A DNA stretch of 64,000 nt from Akkermansia muciniphila. GTDB lineage: Bacteria; Verrucomicrobiota; Verrucomicrobiia; Limisphaerales; UBA9464. A program made the translations under genes and the position numbers. Positions 40,501-48,789 of this stretch are shown one piece after another; position 1 is the stretch's first letter, and each line of letters starts with the position of its first letter. The notes beneath the pieces were generated by a model. That model did not search any database. It had not been told where the DNA came from and saw nothing but the letters and a program-made list of their open reading frames with translations. Where the stretch lies: assembly GCA_945883815.1 (NCBI GenBank), contig CAMCYJ010000010.1, forward strand, positions 1,047 to 65,046, written 5' to 3'.

Positions 40501-41862
40501 GCGGTGTCGCTGCGCATCCCCTTGCTGCCCGACGAAAATGTCCTGTCCCAAGGACGGGTCGTGCAAGACGGAGGCATGGAGGTCCGCCTCGGTGCGCAAG
40601 ACACTTCGTTTTCGTGGGAGAGCAGCTTGGCCCCGGTTGAGACGCTCGCTTTGGCCACCCGCACCACCGACACCTGGATCGAACGCTGGCACCTGGTGGC
40701 CTCACCGGTGTGGAACGTATCGCTGTCGGGATTGGCTCCAGTCTTTGAATCCGGCAACGCCCAACTGGAGCCCGTCTGGCAACCGTGGCCCGGGGAGGCA
40801 GTAAGCCTGAAGGTCCACCGTCCGGAGGCCATCGCTGGGGCCACCGTCACCCTCAATCGTGCGATCCACGAAGTGACTCTCGGGCAACGACAACGCCTTT
40901 CCACCCTGCATCTGTCCATCCGCTGCAGCCTCGGGGAGGATTTCCTCATCGAGCTGCCCGCCGAGGCCGATATCACACGGCTCACCCATTTCGGACGGGA
41001 AATCCCCGTGCGTCGGGAAGGCTCGAAGTTGGTGATTCCACTTCAGCCCGGCGAGCAGCTGCTTTCGGTAGGCTGGAAGGAAAACCTGCCACTGGCTCTC
41101 CGTGCCGACAATGGTGCCGTGCGCTTGCCGGTCGAGAGCGCCAACATCCAGAGTTCATTGGGTGTCGGTGAAGATCGCTGGGTGTTGTGGGCCTCGGGTC
41201 CCCGACGCGGACCGGCCGTGCGCTTCTGGGTGATCTTGCTGACCTCGCTCCTCATGGCCGTGGCACTCGGTCGCGTCCCCAAGTCTCCGCTGCGCTCGCT
41301 GCAGTGGATGCTCCTGATGATTGGCCTGACCCAGGTGCCGCTCTGGGCTGCCTTCACGGTGATCGGCTGGTTCTTCCTGCTGCAATGGCGTGGCCATGAG
41401 CGGTTCCAGACCTTGCACTGGCTGGGGTACAATGCCTCTCAAGTAGGACTCGTGGCGCTGACAGCCACGGCTCTGGGCATCCTCCTCTTTGCGGTGAGTG
41501 CCGGGCTCTTGGGCAACCCGAAGATGTTCATTCTGGGCAACGGTTCCACCAGCACCCTGCTCCGCTGGTTCCAGGCCCGCAGCGAAGGCACCTCCCTGCC
41601 CATGTGCAGCTGCATCTCGGTGTCCATCTGGTGGTACCGGTTCGCGATGCTGCTCTGGGCACTGTGGTTGGCGATCTCGGTGCTGGGTTGGTTGGGTTCA
41701 GCCTGGAAGAGCTTCGCCTCCGGAGGGTTTTTCCGACAACGCCCCCAACGAGTCCCCAAGGCGACGATCCTTGCGCCGCCCACCATACCGCCGCTCGAGA
41801 CGTCGCCGCTCGATAAGGCCTCGCCGGCTTCCCCACCTCCATCGAAAGGGGCCGGAAATTGA
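37591..41862 (+). CDS. Very large polytopic membrane protein, function unknown
   Basis: Start trimmed to MNSATSFLLFLLALLPLGASAIA (signal). By eye there are about 12 hydrophobic helices in three clusters (mid-protein, after an Ala/Ser/Pro-rich linker, and C-terminal), separated by two soluble regions of roughly 450-480 aa. No family recognised. Confidence 0.7.
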   Translation: MNSATSFLLFLLALLPLGASAIAQESRSIPPALREWESWATWNDPHRFCPTPYSDPKTHRCFWPSRLELQVTNSGGSFALSVTAFHETWIPLPGGSEVWPQEVQAGGKPMVVVERDGVPSVRVVAGDTRLEGRYRWTELPQNLRIPASLGILALSRDGKVVENPAWDAQGLLWLRRDGTTETTERNFLGVKLFSVLEDGIPLWWRQEVELTVAGKSREEDLGTLLPEGWKLAAIQSPIPVSVDDSGHAKAQVRAGTWTLRLDAFRLDNPREIQFARGTRKPVADELVAFRARPEFRVVEIIGPPAIDPSQSYFPKAWQGLPVYRWDVATTVKLVERMRGMGTQKPAGLSIVREMWLDEGGQGLTFQDRISGQMQQVWRLDAAEGQELGSVRSGGEGQLITRNPENGAIGVELRSRTVEVEAIGRLSNPSSLPATGWRSDAESVQVQLHLPPGWRLFALFGADWVQGDWLTAWTLLDLFLLLIFTLAVFRIRGWATALLAFVAFGLSYHEHGAPKFLWLILLVPIALEPHIPQGLGRRLLRIGQALSIGTLLFFLVPFLTRQIQQALYPQLERTEVTPTPIPGEGVDGFNAPVAANNAASPRRAGAPSKELMQRYGLSSAASNLSDSQAAPAQSQASFENLRQDVKARIQTGPGLPEWTWRSVSFGWKGPVQGSQRLHPVLIPQPVERLLTLLRTVLLLALGTTLLRQGRSQAGNTNPPVSMGTPAATTAAATVVLWLASTLFTGTSLQAAEAPARVNPPSQAPVQQIVSAPVAAPTTSAGIPDATTVETLRKRLLEKSDAFPNAASISAVAMKLSGQQLQMDVEIHCAAEAAVPLPGRLPAYSPLSVVVNGRWAAALRRDDGYLWVVLPPGVHRVRVEALLTNTGDWEWSYLLKPRQVTIEAPDWTVVGVRADGVPEQQVFFSPKQKVAAAAATYDRQDLQPIVAVERRLELGLQWQIRTVIQRLSPVGKAVSLRIPLLPDENVLSQGRVVQDGGMEVRLGAQDTSFSWESSLAPVETLALATRTTDTWIERWHLVASPVWNVSLSGLAPVFESGNAQLEPVWQPWPGEAVSLKVHRPEAIAGATVTLNRAIHEVTLGQRQRLSTLHLSIRCSLGEDFLIELPAEADITRLTHFGREIPVRREGSKLVIPLQPGEQLLSVGWKENLPLALRADNGAVRLPVESANIQSSLGVGEDRWVLWASGPRRGPAVRFWVILLTSLLMAVALGRVPKSPLRSLQWMLLMIGLTQVPLWAAFTVIGWFFLLQWRGHERFQTLHWLGYNASQVGLVALTATALGILLFAVSAGLLGNPKMFILGNGSTSTLLRWFQARSEGTSLPMCSCISVSIWWYRFAMLLWALWLAISVLGWLGSAWKSFASGGFFRQRPQRVPKATILAPPTIPPLETSPLDKASPASPPPSKGAGN

Positions 41863-41930
41863 GGCGGCCACTCTCTCGAGATGGCAATGCCGGGATGCGA
41901 GCCATCGGATCGACCGACCGCTTCAACCCG

Positions 41931-43601
41931 TCACTTCCGCGGAGCCATCGAGGCTTCCCGGGCCGCCTTGAATTCGCTGCCCGGATTCCACTGCGGAGTG
42001 CGACGGTCTTCAGCCAGGCGCCAGAGGATGTCGTAGTACAAGCGCAAGTCCTCGGCGGCGCCGCTGAGGTCCCAATCGGGTTTCACCTGATCGCTGACCT
42101 TGTGATAATCGCGCTCGATGTACTCATTGACCTTGGCCTCGCCATATCCAGCCGGCTTGCCGAGGTAGTCATCGCCCGCCTTGATGTACAACGCTGGCAC
42201 ACCGCCCTTCATGAGCTCGAAATGATCGCTGCGGTAGAAACCGCCGCGTTCGGGATGCGCATCCGGCAAGACCACCCGACCCCGGGACTTGGCCACAGAA
42301 TCCAGAACGGCATCGATCGTTGAAGCACCCCGGCCAATTTGGCGGAGGTCACGGGTCCGGCCCCATTGGTTGACGCCATCCATGTTGAGGTTGGCCACCG
42401 TCTTGGCCAACGGATACACCGGCTGCGCCACATAATGCGCCGCACCTAGGAGCCCCTGCTCCTCGGCCGTCACCGAAAGAAACAACATGGAACGTTTCGG
42501 TGCCTTGGGGGCGGTGCCAAAGGCCTCGGCCAATTCCAAAAGCCCGGCCGTGCCGATGGCATTGTCTGCGGCTCCATTGAAGATTTGATCCCCTTCAAGG
42601 CTGGTGTTGCGACCGAGATGATCCCAATGGGCCGTGACCACGACCCACTCATCTCGAAGCTTGGAATCCCGACCACGGACCACTCCCAGGACATTCTTCG
42701 ACTTCACCCGACGGGACTCATTGTGGGCCGTGAACGAGGCCTTTTGCTTCAAGGTCACCGGCCGAAAACCCGGCTTCCGGGCAGCCTCCTTCATGGCCTC
42801 ATAAGTGGTGCCATTGGCCGCGAAGAGCTTCTGCGCCCGCTCCAGGCTCATCCAGCCCGCGATATCGCTCTGGGGAGACTGGTTGGACTCCAAATCGAAG
42901 CGCTCGCGACCCCAGGAGTTGATCACCACGAACCAGGGATACGCCGCCGGGGCCGTCTCATGGATGATCAACGCCGCGGCCGCCCCGCGACGACCTGCCT
43001 CCTCGAACTTGTAAGTCCAACGACCGTAATAGGTCATGGCCTTGCCACCGAACCACTTGGGATCGAGTTGGTCTGGCTTGGCCGGATCGGGAATCGGCGG
43101 ATCATTGATGAGGACGACGATCGTCTTGCCCCGCACATCCACATCACGGAAATCATTCCATCCGTACTCGGGGGCGTTGATCCCGTAACCCACGAAAACC
43201 ACATCGCTTTCGGGCACCGCGACATCGCCACCGAGACGAGGGCTCCAGGCCACATACTCCTGAGGCCCCACCAGAGCCTCACCCCCGAGCGTGAAGCCCA
43301 CCGAAGACTTCACTCCCACGATGGGGACATCCTGCGTCCAGGATCCGTCGGGCATTCCTGGCTGAAGACCCGCGCGTCGGAATTGCTGCACCAGATAATC
43401 CACGGTCTTGGCCTCGCCCGGAGTACCCGGACCGCGCCCCTCGAACTCATCGCTGGCCAGCACCCGGGTGTGCTCCAGGATTTGCGCTGGTTGAATGGAA
43501 GCGGCTCCTCGCGGTTGAGCCGCCCAGCCCGGCTCAACCAAAGACACCCAGAGCGGCATTGTCATCACGGCGACCCCGGTCATCCATCGATTCACAATCA
43601 T
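41931..43601 (-). CDS. M28-family aminopeptidase with PA domain, exported
   Basis: Start trimmed to MIVNRWMTGVAVMTMPLWVSL. Motifs: SDEFEGRGPGTPG, VVVTAHWDHLG, GAADNAIGTAGLLELA, TAEEQGLLG, YHKVSD. The upstream 99 codons of ORF 41931..43898 translate the repeat element. Confidence 0.85.
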   Translation of the reverse strand: MIVNRWMTGVAVMTMPLWVSLVEPGWAAQPRGAASIQPAQILEHTRVLASDEFEGRGPGTPGEAKTVDYLVQQFRRAGLQPGMPDGSWTQDVPIVGVKSSVGFTLGGEALVGPQEYVAWSPRLGGDVAVPESDVVFVGYGINAPEYGWNDFRDVDVRGKTIVVLINDPPIPDPAKPDQLDPKWFGGKAMTYYGRWTYKFEEAGRRGAAAALIIHETAPAAYPWFVVINSWGRERFDLESNQSPQSDIAGWMSLERAQKLFAANGTTYEAMKEAARKPGFRPVTLKQKASFTAHNESRRVKSKNVLGVVRGRDSKLRDEWVVVTAHWDHLGRNTSLEGDQIFNGAADNAIGTAGLLELAEAFGTAPKAPKRSMLFLSVTAEEQGLLGAAHYVAQPVYPLAKTVANLNMDGVNQWGRTRDLRQIGRGASTIDAVLDSVAKSRGRVVLPDAHPERGGFYRSDHFELMKGGVPALYIKAGDDYLGKPAGYGEAKVNEYIERDYHKVSDQVKPDWDLSGAAEDLRLYYDILWRLAEDRRTPQWNPGSEFKAAREASMAPRK

Positions 43602-43656
43602 GGCCCCGCCATGGGAATCCGAATCCATCCCGCAATCAACCCCCCTCCGTAAGAGC

Positions 43657-43900
43657 CCAGATCCGAACAAACCCATCCCCTCGCGCATAGCGCGAAAACC
43701 CCAACCTCCCCCGAGCTTCCCCAGCGAACGGAGGCTCGGTCCCGCGGAGCACACCCCTACCCAGCCGGAGCGGGATCGAGCCGCAGTGAGCCTAGGAAGC
43801 GAACAAACCCATCCCATCGCGCATAGCGCGAAAACCCCAACCTCCCCCGAGCTTCCCCAGCGAACGGAGGCTCGGTCCCGCGGAGCACACCCACCCAAGA
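43657..43900. repeat. Tandem array (~1.8 copies, period 136 bp) of a diverged member of the hairpin element family
   Basis: GAACAAACCCATCCC anchors at 43665 and 43801. Contains TCGCGC-ATA-GCGCGA and GGTCCCGC...GCGGGATC nested in GCTTCC...GGAAGC. Confidence 0.8.
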
Positions 43901-43999
43901 TCCGAGATTTGACAATCTCCGCCCAGTGCCGGTCCTATTGCCATCAGTCGCAGGATCGGGCGCTCCCGATTCGAACAACACAAAACCCTCCCAGGCAGA

Positions 44000-44860
44000 A
44001 TGAACCCGCACGAAGATCCCCTTTGGGCCCGGTTATCGGCCTTCAACTTCGACGACACCGGCGACGCGCTGACCTTCACCCAGCGGTTGGCCCGGGAAAA
44101 CGGCTGGAACCCCGGATTCGCCCGACGCGTCGTCGAAGAATACCGCCGCTTCCTCTACCTCGCCCTGCGGGCCGGACACTCGGTCACCCCATCCGATGAG
44201 GTCGACCAAGCCTGGCACCTGCATCTGGTTTACAGCCGCTCTTACTGGGACGAACTGTGCGCCCAAGTGCTGCAACATCGGTTGCACCACGGACCCACCC
44301 GCGGCGGCCAAGCCGAAGACGACCGATTCCTGGATGCCTACGAGGCCACCCGCGCCAGCTACCGGCGGTGCTTCGGATCGGAACCCCCGGCCGACATCTG
44401 GCCTGAACCTTCCGTGCGCTTCGCCCCTGAGGCCCGCTGGCAGCGGTTGGATCTGGCCTCCCACTGGTGCCTGCCCAAACTTGCCCTGCGACGGACGGGC
44501 ATCGGCCTTTTGGGGATCCTCGGGCTGTCCGGTGCGGCGATCGGTTGCTCCAGTGTCAACGGCGAGGAACTGATCGGCAACGGCCTGTTCATCATGGCCG
44601 CCTTCGTCGTGGCGGCCGCCGGGTTAGGTTGGCTCATCGTGCGCACCGCACGCAGCGGTGGCTTCGGCAGCGGTCCGGCCTCGAAGCGCGGTTCAGACGG
44701 CTGTGGAAGCGGAGGCATCGGAGGCGGCTGCGCAGCCGACTCGGGCGGCGGCCACCACGGCCATTCGGACGGATCCTCGGGCAGCGGTTCTTCCGGTTGC
44801 GGATCCTCAGGGTGTGGGTCTGCAGGCTGCGGTGGTGGCGGAGGGTGCGGCAGCCATTAA
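44000..44860 (+). CDS. Glycine-rich-domain (DUF1399-like) membrane protein with Gly/Cys/Ser-rich C-terminal tail
   Basis: The N-terminus FTQRLARENGWNPGFARRVVEEYRRFLYLA...DEVDQAWHLHLVYSRSYWDELC resembles the GRDP/DUF1399 family from memory. Two TM segments. Tail GCGSGGIGGGCAADSGGGHHGHSDGSSGSGSSGCGSSGCGSAGCGGGGGCGSH. Confidence 0.65.
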   Translation: MNPHEDPLWARLSAFNFDDTGDALTFTQRLARENGWNPGFARRVVEEYRRFLYLALRAGHSVTPSDEVDQAWHLHLVYSRSYWDELCAQVLQHRLHHGPTRGGQAEDDRFLDAYEATRASYRRCFGSEPPADIWPEPSVRFAPEARWQRLDLASHWCLPKLALRRTGIGLLGILGLSGAAIGCSSVNGEELIGNGLFIMAAFVVAAAGLGWLIVRTARSGGFGSGPASKRGSDGCGSGGIGGGCAADSGGGHHGHSDGSSGSGSSGCGSSGCGSAGCGGGGGCGSH

Positions 44861-44892
44861 AACCGGCTTCTTCCAGGACACGTTTCTCCCCG

Positions 44893-46344
44893 ATGCCCTC
44901 CGAATCTCCAGACGAGCAACGCCTGCGCGAACTCGGCTACCGCCAAGAACTGGCCCGCCGGATGAGCGGCTTCTCCAACTTCGCCCTGTCGCTGGCCATC
45001 ATTTGCATCCTCTCCGGCGGCATTACCTCATTCCATGTCGGCTTCAACAGTGCCGGAGGCGCCAGCCTCGGAATCGGATGGCCGCTGGTCAGCGTCTTCT
45101 CCCTGTGCGTGGCGGCCACCATGGCCCAGGTGGCCAGTGCCTTCCCGACGGCCGGCGGCTTGTACCACTGGGGCAGCCTCTTGGGCGGACGCGCCTGCGG
45201 CTGGGTCACCGCCTGGTTCAACCTCGCAGGCCTCATCACCGTGCTGGCGGCGATCAACACTGGCACCTACGACTTCGCCACCGCAGCCTTCGGATGGACT
45301 CCGGCCGCAGAATCCGCCGGAACCGTCCGCGTCATCGCCGTGTCGGTGATGACCTTGTCCCAAGCCCTGCTCAACCATTACGGCAATCGCTGGACCACCC
45401 GGCTCACCGACTTCAGTGGCTGGCTCATCCTCGGGATCGCTTCGGTCATGACGGTCGCCCTGCTGGTGAGCACACCGCACTGGGATTGGTCGCGCTTGTG
45501 GACCTTCACCAATTTCAGCGGCTTGCCGGAAAGTTCGCCGGTTTTCCCTAAACAAGATTCCCTCCCCTGGCTCTTCTGCCTCGGATTCTTGTTACCCGCC
45601 TACACTCTCACGGGCTTCGATGCCTCGGCCCACACCTCGGAGGAAACGCTGGAGGCCACGCGCAATGTGCCCAAGGGCATCGTGCGTTCAGTGGCCGTGT
45701 CGGCCGGTTTCGGCTGGGTGATGATCGTGGCCCTGCTGCTGGCCATGCCCGACCTCAAGGCCGGAGCCGCCAAGGGATTCGAGATCGTCCCCTGGATCCT
45801 GCGCTCGGCTCTGGGAGAACGGTTTGCCATCGCGCTGCTGGCCGGCGTGGTGACCGCCCAGTACCTTTGCGGATTGGCCGCGCTGACTTCGGCCTCGCGC
45901 ATGACCTACGCCTTCGCCCGGGACGACGGCCTCCCGGGCTCCCGTTGGCTCAAGCAAGTCGACCCCACCACGCAATCGCCCTCAGCGGCCGTGTGGAGCA
46001 GCGCCCTGGCCTCGGTGGCTCTGGTGATTTTGCTGCGCTACGAAACCATCGCGGCGGTGTGCGCGGTGTTCCTCTACCTCAGCTACGTAATACCGGTGGC
46101 CGTGGGAGCCTGGGCCCACGGACGCACCTGGACCCGCTTCGGCCCTTTCCAGCTCGGAGTTGCCTTCAAACCACTCGCCGTCTTGGCCAGCCTGGGCTGC
46201 CTCTTCCTGCTGGTGATCGGCGTGCAACCGCCCAACCAACAGGCTCTGCCTATCCTGCTGGGCAGCACAGCGGTCATGGCCCTCATCTGGTTCGGCTCCG
46301 AGCGCCGACGTTTCAAGGGCCCACCGGGCGGGCGGCTATCCTGA
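44893..46344 (+). CDS. APC-superfamily amino acid/polyamine permease
   Basis: Start trimmed to MPSESPDEQRLRELGYRQELARRMSGFSNFALS. Contains AFPTAGGLYHW and about 12 TM segments. The upstream ORF portion overlaps the preceding gene in another frame. Confidence 0.85.
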   Translation: MPSESPDEQRLRELGYRQELARRMSGFSNFALSLAIICILSGGITSFHVGFNSAGGASLGIGWPLVSVFSLCVAATMAQVASAFPTAGGLYHWGSLLGGRACGWVTAWFNLAGLITVLAAINTGTYDFATAAFGWTPAAESAGTVRVIAVSVMTLSQALLNHYGNRWTTRLTDFSGWLILGIASVMTVALLVSTPHWDWSRLWTFTNFSGLPESSPVFPKQDSLPWLFCLGFLLPAYTLTGFDASAHTSEETLEATRNVPKGIVRSVAVSAGFGWVMIVALLLAMPDLKAGAAKGFEIVPWILRSALGERFAIALLAGVVTAQYLCGLAALTSASRMTYAFARDDGLPGSRWLKQVDPTTQSPSAAVWSSALASVALVILLRYETIAAVCAVFLYLSYVIPVAVGAWAHGRTWTRFGPFQLGVAFKPLAVLASLGCLFLLVIGVQPPNQQALPILLGSTAVMALIWFGSERRRFKGPPGGRLS

Positions 46345-46363
46345 ATTGTTCCGGCGGAACGAC

Positions 46364-48682
46364 TCAATTTCCCTCAGGCTGGCGGGCCTGATCAAAGGCG
46401 TCGGCCAAGGCGTTCCAACCACCCGCATTGGGTTCAATGGAAGGCCGCGATGCCGGCCGATGCGGTGGGCGTCCGCCACCGGATTGGGGAGTCCGCGGGG
46501 CATTGGGTGCGGTGCGCTGCTCCCGTTGAACGCCGATTTGCGGATTGGCCTTCATGGACAAGGCGATGCGCTTCCGGGCCAGATCCACCTCGGTCACCGT
46601 CACGCGGACCTTTTGTCCCACCTTCACCACCTCGGCCGGATCCTTCACAAAGCGATCAGCCAGCTGACTGACATGGACCAAGCCATCTTGGTGCACACCG
46701 ATATCCACAAAGGCTCCGAAGGCGGTGACGTTGGTCACGATGCCCGGAAGTTTCATGCCGGGCTGGAGGTGTTCGAGTTTCTCGACACCCTCCTGAAAGG
46801 CGAACGCCTCGAAGCGTTGGCGCGGATCGCGTCCGGGCCTGGCCAACTCCTCCAAGATATCCTTGAGCGTCGGCAAGCCCACTTCGGTGGTGACGTACGC
46901 CTCCGGGCGGATCCGGGCCCGCAGCCCACCATCACGCACCAGATCGCTGACGGCGCATCCGAGGTCCTTGGCCATGGCATCCACCAAGTCGTAACGCTCG
47001 GGATGGACGGCGCTGGAGTCCAAGGGGTTCTCGGACTCACGGATGCGAAGGAATCCGGCGCATTGTTCGAAGGCCTTCGGCCCCAAGCGGGGCACCAGCA
47101 ACAGGTCCTTGCGGGACCGAAACGGCCCATGCTCGTTGCGATGGGTGACGATATTGGCGGCCAGCGACGGGCCCAGGCCCGACACATAGCTGAGCAGTTG
47201 CTTGCTGGCGGTGTTGAGCTCCACGCCCACGCGGTTCACGCAGGAGACGACGACGTCATCCAGACCGCGCTGCAGGGCATTGGGATCCACATCGTGTTGG
47301 TATTGCCCGACACCAATGGACTTTGGATCGAGCTTCACCAATTCGGCCAGCGGGTCCATCAGGCGGCGTCCGATGCTCACCGAGCCTCGGACCGTCAGGT
47401 CCTGGTCGGGAAATTCCTCGCGGGCGACCTCGCTCGCCGAATAAATCGAAGCACCGCTCTCATTCACGAGCACCACGGGGATGTTCGCCGACAGGTGCAG
47501 GGATCGGACAAACTGCTCAGTCTCGCGGCTGGCGGTGCCATTGCCAATGGCGATGGCCTCGATCTCGAAGCGCGTGACGAAATCGCGAACCTTCTCACCC
47601 GCCTGAGCCACCTGCTGCGCTCCACCGGCGGTGGCGTAAATGACATCCTGATGCAGGAGCTTGCCCTGGCGATCGAGCACCACGGTCTTGCAGCCCGTCC
47701 GGAATCCGGGGTCGAGTGCGAGCACGTTCTTCTGGCCCAGAGCCGGCGCCAACAGCAATTCCCGGAGGTTCTCGGAAAAGACACGAATCGCCTCGAGGTC
47801 GGCCCGTTTCTTGGACTCGATGCGCACCTCGGCCTCGATGGCGAAGCCCACCAGGCGTTTGAAACTGTCCACGGCCGCCAGGCGCACCTGCTCGGCTCCC
47901 GGAGTGCCGCGGGCCTGGACGAAGAGTCCCTCGAGGATGGCGATGGCTGATTCTTCCAAGGGCGTGATGCGAACCAGCAGCACCCCTTCCTCCTCGCCCC
48001 GGCGCATGGCCAGCATCCGGTGACTCGGGATCTTGGAGACGGGTTCGGTCCAGTCGAAGTAGTCCTTGAATTTGGCCCCTTCGGTCTCCTTGCCGGTCAT
48101 CACCTTGGATCGGACCTGAGCCGATTCCCAATACAGTTCCCGGAGGCGTGACCGCGTGGCGGCATCTTCACTGAAACGTTCGGCGAGAATATCCCGGGCG
48201 CCGGCCAGCGCCGCGGCCACATCAGGTACTGATTTCTCAAGACTCACAAACGCAGCAGCAGCGGCCTGCGGGTCGACGGTGCTCTGATCGTTGAGGAGCA
48301 AATCGGCCAACGGCTCCAGGCCAGCCTCCTTGGCGATGGTCGCCCGGGTTCGCCGCTTGGGACGAAACGGGGCGTACAAGTCTTCCAAGGCGGAAAGGGT
48401 GTCGGCCCCTTCCACCGAGGCCTTCAACGCCTCGGTGAGCAGTTGGCGCTCGGCCAAGGATTTCAGGATGGCCTCGCGGCGTTGCTCCAATTCGGTCAAC
48501 TGGGCCAACCGGTCTCGGATGGCCGTGATCGCCACCTCGTCCAAACTGCCGGTCACCTCCTTTCGATACCGGGCGATGAAGGGCACAGTGGCACTCTCAC
48601 CCAGCAGGCGGGCAGTGGCCGAGACCTTGGTGGCCGGAAGGTTCAACTCGGCAGCGATGCGGGCGATGAATCGGTCGTGCAT
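46364..48682 (-). CDS. tex: Tex-like transcription accessory protein (YqgF/HhH/S1 domains)
   Basis: VPFIARYRKEVTGSLDEV N-terminus. S1 domain GMKLPGIVTNVTAFGAFVDIGVHQDGLVHVSQL. 772 aa with a Pro/Arg-rich C-terminal tail. Confidence 0.9.
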   Translation of the reverse strand: MHDRFIARIAAELNLPATKVSATARLLGESATVPFIARYRKEVTGSLDEVAITAIRDRLAQLTELEQRREAILKSLAERQLLTEALKASVEGADTLSALEDLYAPFRPKRRTRATIAKEAGLEPLADLLLNDQSTVDPQAAAAAFVSLEKSVPDVAAALAGARDILAERFSEDAATRSRLRELYWESAQVRSKVMTGKETEGAKFKDYFDWTEPVSKIPSHRMLAMRRGEEEGVLLVRITPLEESAIAILEGLFVQARGTPGAEQVRLAAVDSFKRLVGFAIEAEVRIESKKRADLEAIRVFSENLRELLLAPALGQKNVLALDPGFRTGCKTVVLDRQGKLLHQDVIYATAGGAQQVAQAGEKVRDFVTRFEIEAIAIGNGTASRETEQFVRSLHLSANIPVVLVNESGASIYSASEVAREEFPDQDLTVRGSVSIGRRLMDPLAELVKLDPKSIGVGQYQHDVDPNALQRGLDDVVVSCVNRVGVELNTASKQLLSYVSGLGPSLAANIVTHRNEHGPFRSRKDLLLVPRLGPKAFEQCAGFLRIRESENPLDSSAVHPERYDLVDAMAKDLGCAVSDLVRDGGLRARIRPEAYVTTEVGLPTLKDILEELARPGRDPRQRFEAFAFQEGVEKLEHLQPGMKLPGIVTNVTAFGAFVDIGVHQDGLVHVSQLADRFVKDPAEVVKVGQKVRVTVTEVDLARKRIALSMKANPQIGVQREQRTAPNAPRTPQSGGGRPPHRPASRPSIEPNAGGWNALADAFDQARQPEGN

Positions 48683-48789
48683 GACGTCAACTGGGGGGCG
48701 CTGTTTAGAGCCTCGCTGGATTTCGGGAAAGCTTCGTGTTCCCCCATTTTCTGGATTCCCTCGAATCCGGTTGCTGCTCTGCTCAAGGC

